In this document: piece by piece, positions 1-13,174 of the stretch
How the letters are laid out: every line of letters starts with the position of its first letter
Position numbering within the stretch: the stretch's first letter is position 1
Assembly (NCBI RefSeq): GCF_009914755.1
Contig: NC_060944.1
Origin: the human T2T-CHM13v2.0 reference genome, Homo sapiens
DNA: 64,000 nucleotides
Direction: 5' to 3' (one strand)
Translations under genes and position numbers: made by a program
The notes under the pieces: generated by a model
Told to the model about the DNA's origin: nothing
Database searches by the model: none
The model's input: the letters and a program-made list of their open reading frames with translations, nothing else

Positions 1-1495
1 AAGGGTGACATAATCTTGATATCCAAATTTATAGATGATAGTACACGAAAAAAAGCTTCCTTAGAGCATCACTGATGGCCATAGGTACAAAAAATCCAAA
101 TAGAATATAAGCAAGAAAATCCAGCTTCTTAATACATGGACACATATACACACATATATAAACACCATTAGGAAAAGTTGGGTCTATTCTAGGAAAGCAA
201 AAATATTTTCATTAGAAAAATCTATTAATGTAATTTGGTATAAACTGATTAAAAGGAAAAAATTGTAATTTTCAACAGAGGCAGAAAAATCATTTAATAA
301 ACCCATATCTATTCATTAAAAATAAATAGTTCCAAATTAAGAATAGAAAAAACCTGTTAAAACCTGATTGAGCAAATTGCATTCTTAAAAATAAATGATA
401 GGAATATTTTCTTTGAAATCTGCAACAAAATTAAGACACTCACTGTGAGTGTTACTTTTAGTATTGTATAAGAGTTTCTAAAAGGAGTTCATTAAGATGA
501 GAAAAGGGAATTTTAAAATATAAGTATTGTAAATAAATAAGATACTCATTATTAAAAAATGTTATGACTATTATAATTGTCAACATAAGAAACAAAACCA
601 ATAGAGTTAATAAAGAGTTTAAGGAATATTGCTAAGTACAAAACCTTTATTTAAAAATGTATCTCTAGATATCAGGAATTAATACTTAGAAAACACTTTT
701 TTAAAGGTATCATACAAAATGTTCGTAAATATATAAAAGTATAATACAGTATTCAAAATCATAAAAGAGAACATCAGTAATTGAGAGATAAACCAAGTTC
801 ATGGATGGGAACACTCAAACTCAATATTATAAAAATGTCAGTTCTCTCAAAATTAATCCATAAATTCAATGCAATCCAATCAAAATACCAACAGAGTTAT
901 TAAGAAACTTGAAAATTTATTTTAAAATTCATAAGGAAGAGTAAAGGGCTCAGACTAGTCAAGATAATTGAAGAAGAACAGTGTAGGGGTTCTTAGTCTA
1001 CAAAATAACAAACATTATTATAAAAGTGCTACGATTAAGAGACTGTAATACTGGTTTAAGAATAGACAAAGAGACAAAGAATTCAAACAGAGAACCCAGA
1101 AACTGAATCACAAAACCAGGTCAACTTGATTTATGACAAAGACAAAGATTAGTGAAGAAAGGATATGCTGGTCAATAAAAGGCACTGGGGAAATTATCAT
1201 CCACTGAAAACAAATAGTATTCCTACCACAAACCATATGAAAAAAATTGCAGTTGAATGAAATGTTTCAATGTTGAAGGCAGAAAATCTCTTTATGACTT
1301 TGGTGTATTGGGAGGATTCATTTTATAATACACAAATAGGGAAAAAAGAGAAGATAAATCCAATCTCACATTGTATTAAAAACTTTTGTGCATTAAAAGA
1401 CACGATTTAAAAAGTGTAATGACAACCTACAGATGTAGAGAAAAGGTTTGCAAGGTATACACACAACGAAGGAGGAGTACAATACCTTCTTTATG
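1..1495 (+). mobile_element. Ancient L1 (L1M/L1ME-type) ORF2 fragment, highly decayed
   Basis: A-rich sequence with decayed ORF2 motifs, e.g. 'gttgggtctattctaggaaagcaa...attagaaaaatctattaatgtaat' (cf. [20 protein letters not shown]) and 'ccaagttcatggatgggaacactcaa...attataaaaatgtcagttctc' (cf. [13 protein letters not shown]). Confidence 0.75.
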
Positions 1496-1629
1496 CATGT
1501 AGAAAAGTTTTCTATCTCTGTCATAACAAATTACCATGAATTTGTCCGCTTAAAGAACGCAAATTAATTATCTTACAGTTCTGTAGTCAGACACAGGACA
1601 CAGGCCTTGCTAGGCTAAAATCAAGGTGT

Positions 1630-2478
1630 TCTATTAGAATGGCTTTTATCAAAAAAAGAAAAATATTGGCAAGGATATGGAGAAAAGGAAACCTTTGTAC
1701 ATTGTTGGTGGGAATGTAAATTATTACAGCAATTATGGAAAATAATACAGATGTTTCTCAAAAAATTAAAAATACACTTAACATATGATCAAGTAATCCC
1801 GCTCCTAGGTACATACCCAAAGGAAATGAATTCAGTATATTGAAGAGATATCTGCACTGCCATGTTTATTGCAGTATTAGTCACAGTAGCCAAGATATGG
1901 AGTCAACCTAAGTGTCATCAAGTAATGAATGGATAAAGAAAATGTAGTGTGTGCATATTATACACATACACATATACATACACAGTGGAATACTATTCAC
2001 CCAGCCTTTAAAAATAAGAAAATCCTGTAGTTTGCAATAACGTGGATGTACCTGGAGGACATTATGCTAAGTGAAATAAGCCAGGCACAGGAAGGAAAAT
2101 ATTGCATGATCCCTTATATATGAACTCTAAAAAAGTTGAACTCATAGGAGTAGAGAGTAAAATGGTGGTTACCAGAGACTGGAGGTTGGGGATTTAGGAA
2201 AAGGTGAGATGTAAGTGAGCGAGTACAAAGTTTTGGTGAGACAGGTGGAATTTGTTCTGGAGATACATTGTACAGCACAGTGACTGCAGTTTATAATAAT
2301 GTGCTCAAGATTTGAAAATTGCTAAGAGAATACATTTTAAATGGTCTCACCACAAAAATGATAAGTATGTGAACTGGTGGATATTTTAATTAGATTGATT
2401 TAATCATTCCACAATGTATGCATAGATCAAAACTTCATGTCATACCCCATAAATATATATAATTAAATAAAATGAAAT
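1630..2478 (+). mobile_element. L1MA-type 3' end inserted in MLT1
   Basis: End of L1 ORF2 plus 3'UTR and A-rich tail; TSD aaaatcaaggtg (1617-1628) / aaaattaaggtg (2479-2490). Confidence 0.85.
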
Positions 2479-2748
2479 AAAATTAAGGTGCTGTCAGGGC
2501 TACATGCCTTTTTAGAAACTCTAGCAGAGATCTCTTCCTTTGCTTATTAAGGTCATTGACAGAATTCAGTTCCTTGTATTGTAGGATTGAGATGACCATT
2601 TCCTTGCTGGCTATTAGCTGACGGCTGTCTTCAGCTTCTGAAAGTCATCCACGTTCCTACCTCCAGCTTCAGAGCCAACAACGATGGGTTAAGTTCCTCT
2701 CATGCTTCGAATCTCTTCTTCTTCCATCTATCTCATCTCTCTGACATC

Positions 2749-3204
2749 TTTTTTTTTTTTTTTTTTTTTTTTTTGAGCCGGAAGGTCTGGGTTCCATTTG
2801 TTGACAGCAGTTTATACACATGGATTTCCTTCCCATAGTTATTTCCTTCCCAGCGCAGACACAGAGCCCTTGAGAAGGGCAGTCTCTGAACAAGGGAGCC
2901 AGGAACACAGGTAAGACACATCCTTGGCAGGCACGTTCAGTCCCAGCAGGATGCAATCCTTCAAGTTGGAATTCCAGTGGGTATTTGAGAGGGACCAAGG
3001 TGGGGGGTAGAGAGGGAGTCTTCAACAGGACTCACATCTCAGTCCAGGCCTCCTCTCTCACTATCTGAGTCCATCCAAGTTTTAGGACCGTGGGGGACAA
3101 CAGTCAGGCCCTCCCACCTCAACAGGGCAGATCCTTCAATCTGTGCCATGTTCACACACGCCTGCTTCCACTGGTCGCACAGTTAAAGAGAATCAGCCTT
3201 ATGG
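2749..3204 (-). pseudogene. PHB1: 5'-truncated processed retrocopy of the distal 3'UTR of prohibitin 1 mRNA (no CDS)
   Basis: T26 at 2749-2774 (polyA on the - strand); imperfect TSD tctctgacatctt (2738-2750) / tctctgacctt (3205-3215) followed by 'aa'. The reverse complement (ccataaggctgattctctttaactgtg...ggaattccaacttgaaggattgcatcctgctggg...tgtgtataaactgctgtcaacaaatggaacccagaccttccggctc-An) matches my recollection of the PHB1 long 3'UTR end. The symbol refers to the parent gene. Confidence 0.8.
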
Positions 3205-3399
3205 TCTCTGACCTTAAGAGGTCTTCTGCTTTTAAGGACTCATGTAATTACTTTGGGCCCACTTGGATAATTCAGGATAATATCCTTATCTCAAAGTTCT
3301 TTAATTAATCACAGCTGCAAATTCACTTTTTCTATGTAGGGTAACATATGCAAAGGCTATTATTTTGCCTGTGGGTATATCCATCTCTACCTATGCGTG

Positions 3400-4120
3400 T
3401 ATCTTAAGATGAATATAATTAAAATTACCCAGTTTTTAAACATGGGCTCAAAGATATGAGCAAGGAATTTAAAGAAGTTCAAATTGAAAGACGTATTAAA
3501 AGATTCTTCATATCACTAGTAAACAGTGTGAATAAAAATTAAAACTGTGTATCATTTTACCAGACAACAGCTGATGCTGGTAAAGCTGTGAATCAGTGGA
3601 AACTCTCACATTATTCTGATAGAACTTAAATGTAGAAAACCACTTAGGAGAGCAATTTCATAATTCTGGTTAAGTTAATAATTCTTACCCCTCAATCCAG
3701 TGACTGCAGCTTCATGTAAGCATCCCTGAGATAGTCTCATGCACAGCCAGAAAGGAGACAGGAACAAAGATTATTACTGCAACATGATTTGTAATATAAA
3801 ACTAAGAGAAATAAATGTCCATCAATGTAACATTGTCTAATTATTTTGTTTCATTTCATTTCATTTTAAAGCTGTGAAAATACGTGATCTAGAAATATAC
3901 TCACGTAGATAAAAGAATCTCCGAAGATATTAAGTGAAAAAAATCAAACTACAGAATATACTCAGAGCAACATAAATTCTATAAGACTTGCAAGCACACA
4001 AAACAAAAACATATACTGTTTTGTGATACAATCATATGTAGTAAAAATTATGAAGATATGTGTGGAAGTTCTTACACGCACACGGGAGTCAAGAATTTAA
4101 AATTCAGGAAAACAGTTTCA
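3400..4120 (+). mobile_element. Continuation of the ancient L1ME-type element (ORF2 C-terminus / 3'UTR)
   Basis: 'aacatgggctcaaagatatgagcaaggaattt', 'catatcactagtaaacag', 'gctggtaaagctgtgaatcagtggaaactctcac' and 'aaatgtccatcaat'; continues the L1 at 1-1495. Confidence 0.65.
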
Positions 4121-4279
4121 AGTGGGGGATCAAGGATAGATTAGGAGAATGCAGCTCCATTAGTACACATTTTAAAGTAAAAGATGAATAGATAAGTACT
4201 TGTTATTTTTAAATACTTCATCAACATAAAGAATTTTATAGCTTTATAAGAAAAACATCACTAGGATTGAGATGAAGGA

Positions 4280-4620
4280 AAATTTGGAATGGGCAGGTAG
4301 AGATGCCATAAAGCTAGAATGGCTATTGCAACAATTACATGAAAGATGCTAAGATGCCAAAGCAACATGGTGGTGAAAAAATACAAATGAAAAGATAGAT
4401 CCCAAATATATTTTGAGATTTAATATGCAAAACCAATTTAACAGAAAGGCTTTAATAGTAGATTCTAGGATGCATTCAACTTTTTGATTCTGGTGACTTT
4501 GTGAATATTGGCACCATTGACCAAGATGTATGGGGAGGAACAGGTTGCTAGGGAAGATAATAATTTGAGTCTACACTTTGTTGGCAATACTTGAGATGAA
4601 ATTAAGGTGACACTGGGTTA
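4280..4620 (-). mobile_element. L2 fragment
   Basis: GA-rich L2-like motifs 'ggctattgcaacaattacatgaaagatg' and 'ggcaccattgaccaagatg...gaggaacaggttg'. Confidence 0.55.
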
Positions 4621-5199
4621 GCTACTCAGTAATACCCAAATACAGTCTTCATGTAATCATCCCTCCCTAAGAGGGCCTCAAGAAAAATACATGTACAAAT
4701 GGCATAGTAGTAAATAATACTCTCTGGTCCATATTTGAAGCAAAACTCTAAAAGACTGGACATGACTCGAACTCCTGTGATCCAGACTTGAAGTCATGGC
4801 CAAACTTCAAGTTGTAACAGTGGACTTTATTACTTCAAATGAGAGGAAAAATTAATTCAGAGTCTCCCAGCATAGGAATCGGAACACAGGTTTCAATGCA
4901 GGGCTACAGGTTTATAGAGTAAATACAGTGGAAACAACAACAAAATGTCGGCAATGTCTAGGCAAAAAGGTGCATCGGGCAGAAGCTTCATCGTTTGGGA
5001 GAAAAAGAAAGTCCCCGGGACTAGCAATTTTCTAGTCTAGGGAAAAAACAGTGTGGTCCATAGTGTAGCCCTTGCCATTTAGTTGCATCCATACCCGTCA
5101 GCCCCCACCTCTGCATTTTCAAGGCTCCTTACTGAAAACAAGGCTTCTCTGCCTGAGGATATTTTGTGTTTTTGTTTGTTTGTTTGTTTGTTTTTCTCT

Positions 5200-5530
5200 G
5201 ACCAGCGAGCCTGCTCCACTGGCATAAAAGGGAAGATACAACAGGTCCCAGAAGCAGCCATTACTGTTGAGTACAGGAAGTTGATGTATATGTACCGCTT
5301 ACTCAATCCTTGGTCAGGAGCACTCTAAGGCTTGTACGTCACTGTCTCCTAGAGTTTCCAATGCAGCTCCAGTTGCCTGCAGTGCTGACTTTCTTGATAA
5401 CACATCCACTTTCCTGTATTGACTTTCTTCTCTGTCCTATCTCCTGTTCTTACTCTCCTGGTGCATGTCCCAACTAAACAACGTGCACTCAAGCTTCATG
5501 GTTTGCTCCTAGGGAAACTCAAATGAAGAG
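5200..5530 (+). mobile_element. LTR16-like ERVL LTR fragment
   Basis: The end 'tcccaactaaacaacgtgcactcaagc...tttgctcctagggaaactcaaatgaaga' resembles the LTR16 3' end. Confidence 0.55.
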
Positions 5531-6037
5531 AGCAAGACATTCAAAATGGCAGTGGGTAATGGAATAGAGAGGGTGAATCCCGGCAGCCGTCTCCCTCAGA
5601 TTTTGTCTAGTTAGCTGGCGAAAGATGGCTGAAGACTCCCAGCATAGCTGGTACTCCAGTGCACAAGCTCCTGGCATGTCATCGGTATTGCACCCCAACA
5701 CCAACACTGACAGAGACCTTCCCAAGGGTGTTCCATCTGTGTTGTTCTGTGACAACACCATAGGTGGCTGGTAAAGTTTGCTTAGTAAAACAGAATAACA
5801 CATTAAATTTTTATTGCCATTACTCTGGCTAAAAGAATTACTACCGTGTAGGAAGAATTTCTGCTTGCGGAAATACTGTTAATTGACAGCTGGGAAAAAT
5901 TGTGGTGATAAAAGTTAATTAACTTTACCAGGTTTCTCTGGATTTTACAATACCTGCCGTTTTTAAAGGCCACTGCCAGCAATCTTGGCAAAACAAATGG
6001 AAGAACTCTGCAATAGTAACTCAAACTTCCTATTTCC

Positions 6038-6349
<312 letters not shown>

Positions 6350-8309
6350 CAAACTTCCTATTTCACAGCAAAGTCTGAAGTGAACCAGAGGCACTAGCAG
6401 GAAAAACATTCAAACAGTTCAAACAGCTCTTGGGAGAAATTGACCATCACCAGCTTTCTTTCAGATAGCTGGAGCTTCCAGTTCCGTTTTGCAAAATATA
6501 ATGCATGTATGACTTGTATCAGAACCCCTAGTGATTTAAAAATCACTTCTAAAAATATGCGAACTTGGGGTCAACCTCAGATTTACTGACTTTGAATTTA
6601 CTGACATAGAGCTCAAGACTACATTTTTAGCCGGCTCATAAGGTAATCCTTCTATAATCTCGAGGTGAGAATCATTTATACTTCCTTCAGTGCTACCAAT
6701 TTGAGCTGTATTTAAGTTAGCAAGCATTATTTTTAAAATAAGAAAATTAATGTGTTTTCAACCATTCACATATCAATATTGAATTTGAACTAATGGGAGC
6801 TGAGTTGCTCTAAAGCAATGGTTATCAAACTGCATTCAGAATATGCAAAAGCAAGCGTATGTTTGATTCAAATTCTGTTTTTAAAATATTTTAAAGCTGT
6901 ATTTTAACAACCCACATATTCAAATGTGTCACAGCCCAAATTTTTAACACATTAGAGACAACCAACTTAAGCCATGTTACCACTTCAACTAGGCTTTGTG
7001 CTGACTTCTAATAGTTTTCCACTATACCTCTGCATCTATTGAACTTGGAAGAAGGTCATAGACAAGAAAGATTTAAATTCTGCTCCGATGGCTTTTTGCA
7101 GGAGTAAGCATTTCTGCACACATAAAATTGTACACCTGAGTTCCAAACAGAAGCTCATACTCATCACGTTCAATTATGTGCCAGGAAAGTCCATGAATAG
7201 CAGTCTCTGCGCCCAGAACATGAAATGATTCAGTAAGTGAACACAGAATACATTTAAGCATGCTGATGTCAGAGTTTTAATCTTTATAAATGTTAAGTGT
7301 TTGGTCTATGATTTATACTCATACATTTTTCGTAGTATTTCAGGTAAAGGTGATAGGATTACTCAAAACAAGAAATGGATCAAGGGTTAAAGAAAGAAAA
7401 AAGCCGAAAGAACTGTGCTGCTAGAATGGAGAGATTGAGCAGGCACAAGAAAAATTGACACACTGTGCTATGTAAATAGCAACTGGTTTTTCAGCCAAAG
7501 GGGGTCCCACTGGGGAGAGTATGAAACAAAAGTCTTGTGAAAATTCTTGGGATGAGTCTCTCAGAGACAGTAGAGCACAAGAATAATTATTAGGCATGTG
7601 GCTTCACCTTTATAAGGCAAAAGTGCCCAAGTGCTCCTGTGTTTTATGGAGTGATATGTTTCCACATTTTCTGTATCCCTTTCCAACTTACAATGCCATA
7701 TTTAAAGCAAACATAGTGAGTAGAAAAATAAGGATCTTGGTTTCTTTCAGCATAAAAATTACAGGGCTTTATATAAAAACTGTATGCAAGCGAAGTTTAG
7801 ATCCAAAGATTAAAATACATATATAGATTTGACATTTTTAAGAATAACGTACACTATGGCATCATTCAAAGGTGTCACTAAATGTGAATAAACAGAAGGG
7901 CAGGCTACTCTGGTGCAGAGTCATGCAGAAACAAAATGCCGTCAGTACCTTTGCCTGATGAGAACAGGGAGCATGCAACGGCCTTTATCCAACATTTGAT
8001 CAATGAGTTTGTAATCATTTTAAATTTAATTTGATTGAACACAAAAAGGACTGACCCATGGCCATCTTGACTTTATTTTTTAAGCGATCTGAGTATTTTT
8101 TGAGGGTGTGTTTTTGAAGATAAACATCAAGAAGACTTACGTTAGAAACACTGGAAATTTGGGAGGGGGATGTATTGCTAAATGTTTATATCCATTTTCA
8201 AAGTGCCATCGTATAATTTGGTTTCTATATGTCAGCGTACCCAGACTGAAGGGGAAGAAGAAAAGGCACAAAATATGACAGGAGTAGAGAATTTCATTAA
8301 AACATTGCT

Positions 8310-9398
8310 CCCAGCCAGCACCGCGTCCCCAGCTTGCAACCATGGCTGCCTACACACTGGTGCAGATCCAGCATGGCCAGAGTGCCTGGAACCTGGGGAA
8401 CCGCTTGGGCCATAAAGAGTGAAGTGCAGCAGGCAGGCATTGCAAGATGCTGGCTATGAGTTTGACATCTGCTGCACCTTGGTGCAGAAGAGAGTGATCT
8501 GAACCATCTGGACAGTGCTGGATGCGATTGACTAGACATGGTGGCTTGTAGCAAGGACTTGGCGCCTCAGCACTATGGGGGAACTGACTAACCTCAATAA
8601 AGCAGAAGCTGCTGCCAAGCATGGTGAGGCCCAGGAAAAGGTCTCAAGCCCTCCTATGATGTCCCACCCCCTCCCATGGAGCCTGACCATCTCTTCCATA
8701 GCAATGTCAATGAGGACTCCAGGTATGCAGATTTCACCGAAGATCAGCTACCCTCCTGTGAGAATCTGCACCCACTCCCTTCATACGCTGTAGTCAGAAT
8801 AGCACCTCTGGGGCATAGGTTCTCAGTCCAAGCCAAAAGAAATCTCCCCTTACCCAAGAGAATTGAAAGGTTATAACTCAGGTTTCTGCCAGTGCTATGT
8901 TTACTAAAGACCTGCTTGAGTAGGAAACAGGAAGGAATCATGTTAAGGCATGACCAATGAGGAGAATCAAGAGAGCCTATTTGCTCTCCAGAGCCAGTCC
9001 GGTACTCTTTGTAGTCAAATCAAAGAAAAGATCTAGTCATTCCCATGGAGATAGATGTAACCTACATGATAATGTGAAAACCATTTTCCCCCTGACCCCA
9101 GAGGAGCTGGCTCCAGATAAATGTAATAAATGTAACCTGCATGATGATGTGAAAACCATTTTCTCCCTGACCCCAGAGAAGCTGGCTCTAGAAGTCTTCA
9201 GAAGGTTGGGATTAATCCTGATTTCAGTTTATACATAGCATTTATTTTTATAAATATATATACCTATATAAGTATATTATAAAAGTATATATAGTTTATA
9301 TACTTATAATATGTAATAACATATATGCTTATATTATTATATAAGTATTATATATTTATATAGGTATATAAGTATTTTTATATTTTATATATAGATAT

Positions 9399-9429
<31 letters not shown>

Positions 9430-9762
9430 CCCCTTTTTAAGCTTTTAGTGTTGGTTGAAAGAGTCCTACATGTGGTCATGAGAAAATGAGCCATTCCTCA
9501 CACTCATATGGGATAAGCATCTTGACCTCCTAGGGGTTGGAGTACATTCTGCTATGAACCTTACATTCCCTTTCCAACCTTGTTTCGTGGCAGTGAAATG
9601 CCTCTTGATCATGTCCACGTGTGTCTTTCACTATCTGATTTCTGAATCATGTTCTAGGGGTTTGGCCCTGTTACATGGGCCTAGTACTCATTTTGAGAAT
9701 TACTGTATTAAACCTTTTTTCCAGATCAATATAATAAAGGAGTAATATGCATTTTAAAAAAT
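8310..9762 (+). pseudogene. PGAM1: PGAM1 (phosphoglycerate mutase 1) processed pseudogene with internal deletions, including 3'UTR
   Basis: ATG at 8342 gives MAAYTLVQIQHGQSAWNLGNR; later [31 protein letters not shown] and [31 protein letters not shown], with stops and frameshifts. Intronless across the recalled parental junctions; 3'UTR-like sequence runs to 'ataataaaggagtaatatgca' (~9750). The symbol refers to the parent gene. Confidence 0.92.
9245..9423. repeat. AT-rich low-complexity tract plus (CA)n inside the PGAM1 retrocopy 3'UTR
   Basis: Degenerate (TA)n followed by (CA)~12. Confidence 0.9.
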
Positions 9763-12359
9763 GCTGAAATATGTTCGAGAGAGGTTAACACTAACTTTGA
9801 TGCCAATACTTGTCAAAAGTGTTGAATGATAACACAAATGTAATTTTATAAGAGTGCCTTTCCAATTAGATCTTTGTGAATTCTCTGAAATAACATGAAT
9901 GATGATGTCCAAATGTTATCATACCTGCAGGTGTTCATAGGCAGCCCTAAGGTGAGGGGTTCCAAAGAATATTTCTGTTGAAATACACATGCTATATATC
10001 TTTATCTATAAATTGTGAATAGAAAGTGAGGAACCATGGCCTCATGCATGCACACAGGTGCTCCTTTTCTTGTAATTTTATCTGGATTATACACTGTGTA
10101 CAATAATAGGGTGAAATTCATTGAAGTGAAGCCCCATATGCCCAAGACTTAATAGACCTGAGTAAGAAGAGTGGAGGTGCCAGAGCAGAGGATGAAGGTA
10201 ACAAAGTTGTGGAGAGGAGGAAGGGACTGAATCCCAGAGTGCATATAAGCTGGGTTCTATCCACCTCATTGACTTTTCCCTGGCCTGGAGCTTATCACTG
10301 GTAAGAGGACACAACAGTGAGAGCAAAATGACAGTACTTCCTTTGAGACTGACCCCCGTGCTTGGCCCCACTTTCATAGTTGGAGATAATGTTGGATGGG
10401 GTCAGTGAATCCTGAAGTATAAAGAGATTATCCAACTGCACCTCCAAGTCAACATAGCTGCCCAACCTTCGATGCCTTGCTGGGCTAAATGAACTTGATC
10501 TGGACTTCAGAAAATATAAAACATTTTGTTGCATGCCAGGTAAAAAAGATATAATTTGATTTTTCTGAAATCTTGAGTAAATCTCTGAAAAGATGAGCAA
10601 TGAGAAAATTTTTTAAGTGAATTGCTGAATCTCATGTTACTGAATGTATTTAAAAAGCATTTTTACCCCTCCAAAAGGGATGTGTATTAAAATTCAATAA
10701 TTAAAATAATTGGATAGTTAGATATTTAAAATAATTCCTATTTTGAAATTAAATTTTTATTCCATTTTCAAAATTATAGACATATTTGTTTGAAGTGTAT
10801 TTTAATATTTCAAAGTGACTTATGAACTTGTTACCATTTGCAGCAACTTGTTTGTTGGCATCAGGATTTTTTAACTCTATATGCAAAACGTATTTTACAA
10901 AATGAGAAAAAAATATATGACAAGGTTGGCTTAAGACTCTGAATGCCAACAGTAAGTTTTGGTGTTGTATCTGTGTTTAGGCAACATCCTCAATAAACTC
11001 TTGGTTGAATTTACAGTAAGTAAACCTAACATATTTGAAACTGCAAATAAATGTATAATAAAACAACACTGTTTTTATCTACCCGTTTATTGAAGGAGAG
11101 TGTAAAACTTCATAGGATCTCACTATAAAGAGCATTTACAAACCACAGCTCTAAGGCAAGAAGAATGGATTTGAAGATGACATGCGAAAGCGTAGGTTAG
11201 GGGTGCACATGAGGTCTGGGTAGGGCCTCTGTGGGTGCTATGAGAAGAGGGAGACCCTACAGAGGGAGGAGGAGGGGGCAAGAGAAGGCTGGAAAGGGGC
11301 ATAAAGAGGAAGATCCGAAAACATATTTTCATCCCCAACTTTTGCCAGAGAATACTTCTCTCTACCCAGGAGAGAGAGAGAGAGTCTGTTCTTACATTGA
11401 AGTTTCAGGACAGGTACCAAATTGGAGTTGCCATTATGAGGATGTTTTCTATTAAGAGGTCATAGTGACTGGTGACTTTTTTATGTCTACAATCACACAT
11501 GAAAATTGCATCATAGACCACATCATTCTAAAAGTTGAGAAAATCTGCCTCCTACGAAGTAAACTGATCACCTTTACAAACAGGATAGAAAATTTAAAAG
11601 GGTTAATAATCTTCATGAATTAAAAAATGCTTTAAAGAAACTTCAATTTCTTTCCCTCTCAGTACAGTTGTTTTTAAGGGGGAGCAAAGATGCAAAATTA
11701 AGTCAAAGTTCCAATTACAGAAAAAGGTCAAATTAGGATAAAAAAATGTACAGAACATGATAAACAGAAATTAGTTGTAACCTCTTGGGCAACCTGACAA
11801 AAGTGGGAAATGAATTGTGTGCTCAATAATTAGGGTGGAAGCCCAAACACACTGGGCTTTCAGCACACCTTGAGGGCTTCTGAGGAAAACAAAGCAATTT
11901 ATTATCTAGGCCAAATCTGAAGAGACGGCCTTGAGGGCAGAGGGCTTGCTGCTGTGTTACCAACTCATGGGGAATTTTAGCTGTGTGATAAGTGCCTGTT
12001 AGGACTCCAATGCTAGGAAGAACATTTTCAGATGAAATCAATGGTAAAATAATATACTATGATTAAAGAAAATCAGTTGCAAGCCAAAATCATTAAGCAA
12101 AATTGCAACCTCTAACCTGGAGTAGCAAGTTGGTACATTATTGTGTTCTGTTAGGTAGTGAGGCAGTAACACATATCTGAGGATTTACGTGTTAGTATGA
12201 TTTTCTTGGCTCTTGAGTCAAAAATGCTTTTAGTTATGCAAGCAAAACAAGTAGAAATGATTTGTACTCCAGTGACTGTTGGGATTTACTGGTTTTAAAT
12301 TTAGACGATTTCAAATTTTGTTTGATCGTGAACTGCTATCAAAGGGGATAAACATTACA

Positions 12360-12808
12360 TGTGTTAGTTGTCTTTTGCTGCATAACAAATTACCCCAAGA
12401 CTCAGTAGCTTAAACAAAATACGTATTTATTATCTCACACAGTATTTTTGGATCAGGAATTCAAGAGCTTCTTAGGAAGCTAGGATTGCAGTCTTTGGAA
12501 GGCTTGACAGGGGCTGGAGGATCCACTTCTGAGGTGCTGGCTGTTGGTGAGGCCTCAGTTCCTGTCCTGTGGGCCTCTATATAGACCAGCTTGAGTGTCT
12601 TCAAGACATGGTGGCTGGCTTCCATCAGGATAAATGATCCTAGGAACCAAGGCAGTAGCCATAATGTGTTTTATGACTTCTTAGAAGTCACTCACTGCCA
12701 TTTCTGCAGCATTCCACTGGTTACAGTATTTTCATATGGGAGGGAACCACACAGGCATAAATAACAAAAAGGAGACCATTAGGGAGTCATCTTACAGGCT
12801 GGCTACCA
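12360..12808 (-). mobile_element. MLT1 (G/H-like) MaLR LTR
   Basis: 'tgtgttagtt...gctgcataacaaattaccccaag', 'gggctggaggatccacttc' and 'catcttacaggctggctacca'. Confidence 0.8.
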
Positions 12809-13174
12809 AATTCTCAAAAGTAAATTTATGTGGACCCTAATCCTCTTCTATCCCTTTCCTATTTTAGGAGGATAAAAACCTCCATAATGCCCTCAAACTT
12901 AAAATACTAACCAGATAGAGCCATTAGCCATTCCTAGGAGGAAGATCAAATACAAGGCTGCTGATCTTGTATTTGGGAACACAGAGGGATTTAGAGCTGT
13001 ACCAATTCTGGAAATGCTAACACCAAACAGATGCCCAAGAGAATCTGTTTGGAAAACTGTGAGTACCAAGGTTGACCACAAGAACACAGGAAGTGACTTG
13101 TTCAGAAAGCTGAACAAGTGGTCCCGTCTCAGAGGGAACTGGTGGACAGCATAGACTGCTAGAAGGTAACACAG

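Larger units (their letters stand above)
1497..3360 (-). mobile_element. MLT1 (MaLR, MLT1D/E-like) LTR split into three pieces (about 1497-1629, 2491-2748, 3205-3360)
   Basis: Typical MLT1 motifs 'cataacaaattacca...cttacagttctg', 'gaattcagttccttg' and 'tttaaggactcatgtaattactttgggcccacttggataattcaggataat' are collinear across two insertions. Confidence 0.8.

Noticed and set aside
2669-3025. 118-aa ORF with a poly-Lys tract
   Set aside because: Read-through of a UTR retrocopy and its polyA tail.
4786-4812. Hairpin acttgaagt-N9-acttcaagt
   Set aside because: A 9-bp stem is expected by chance in 64 kb, and there is no other support.
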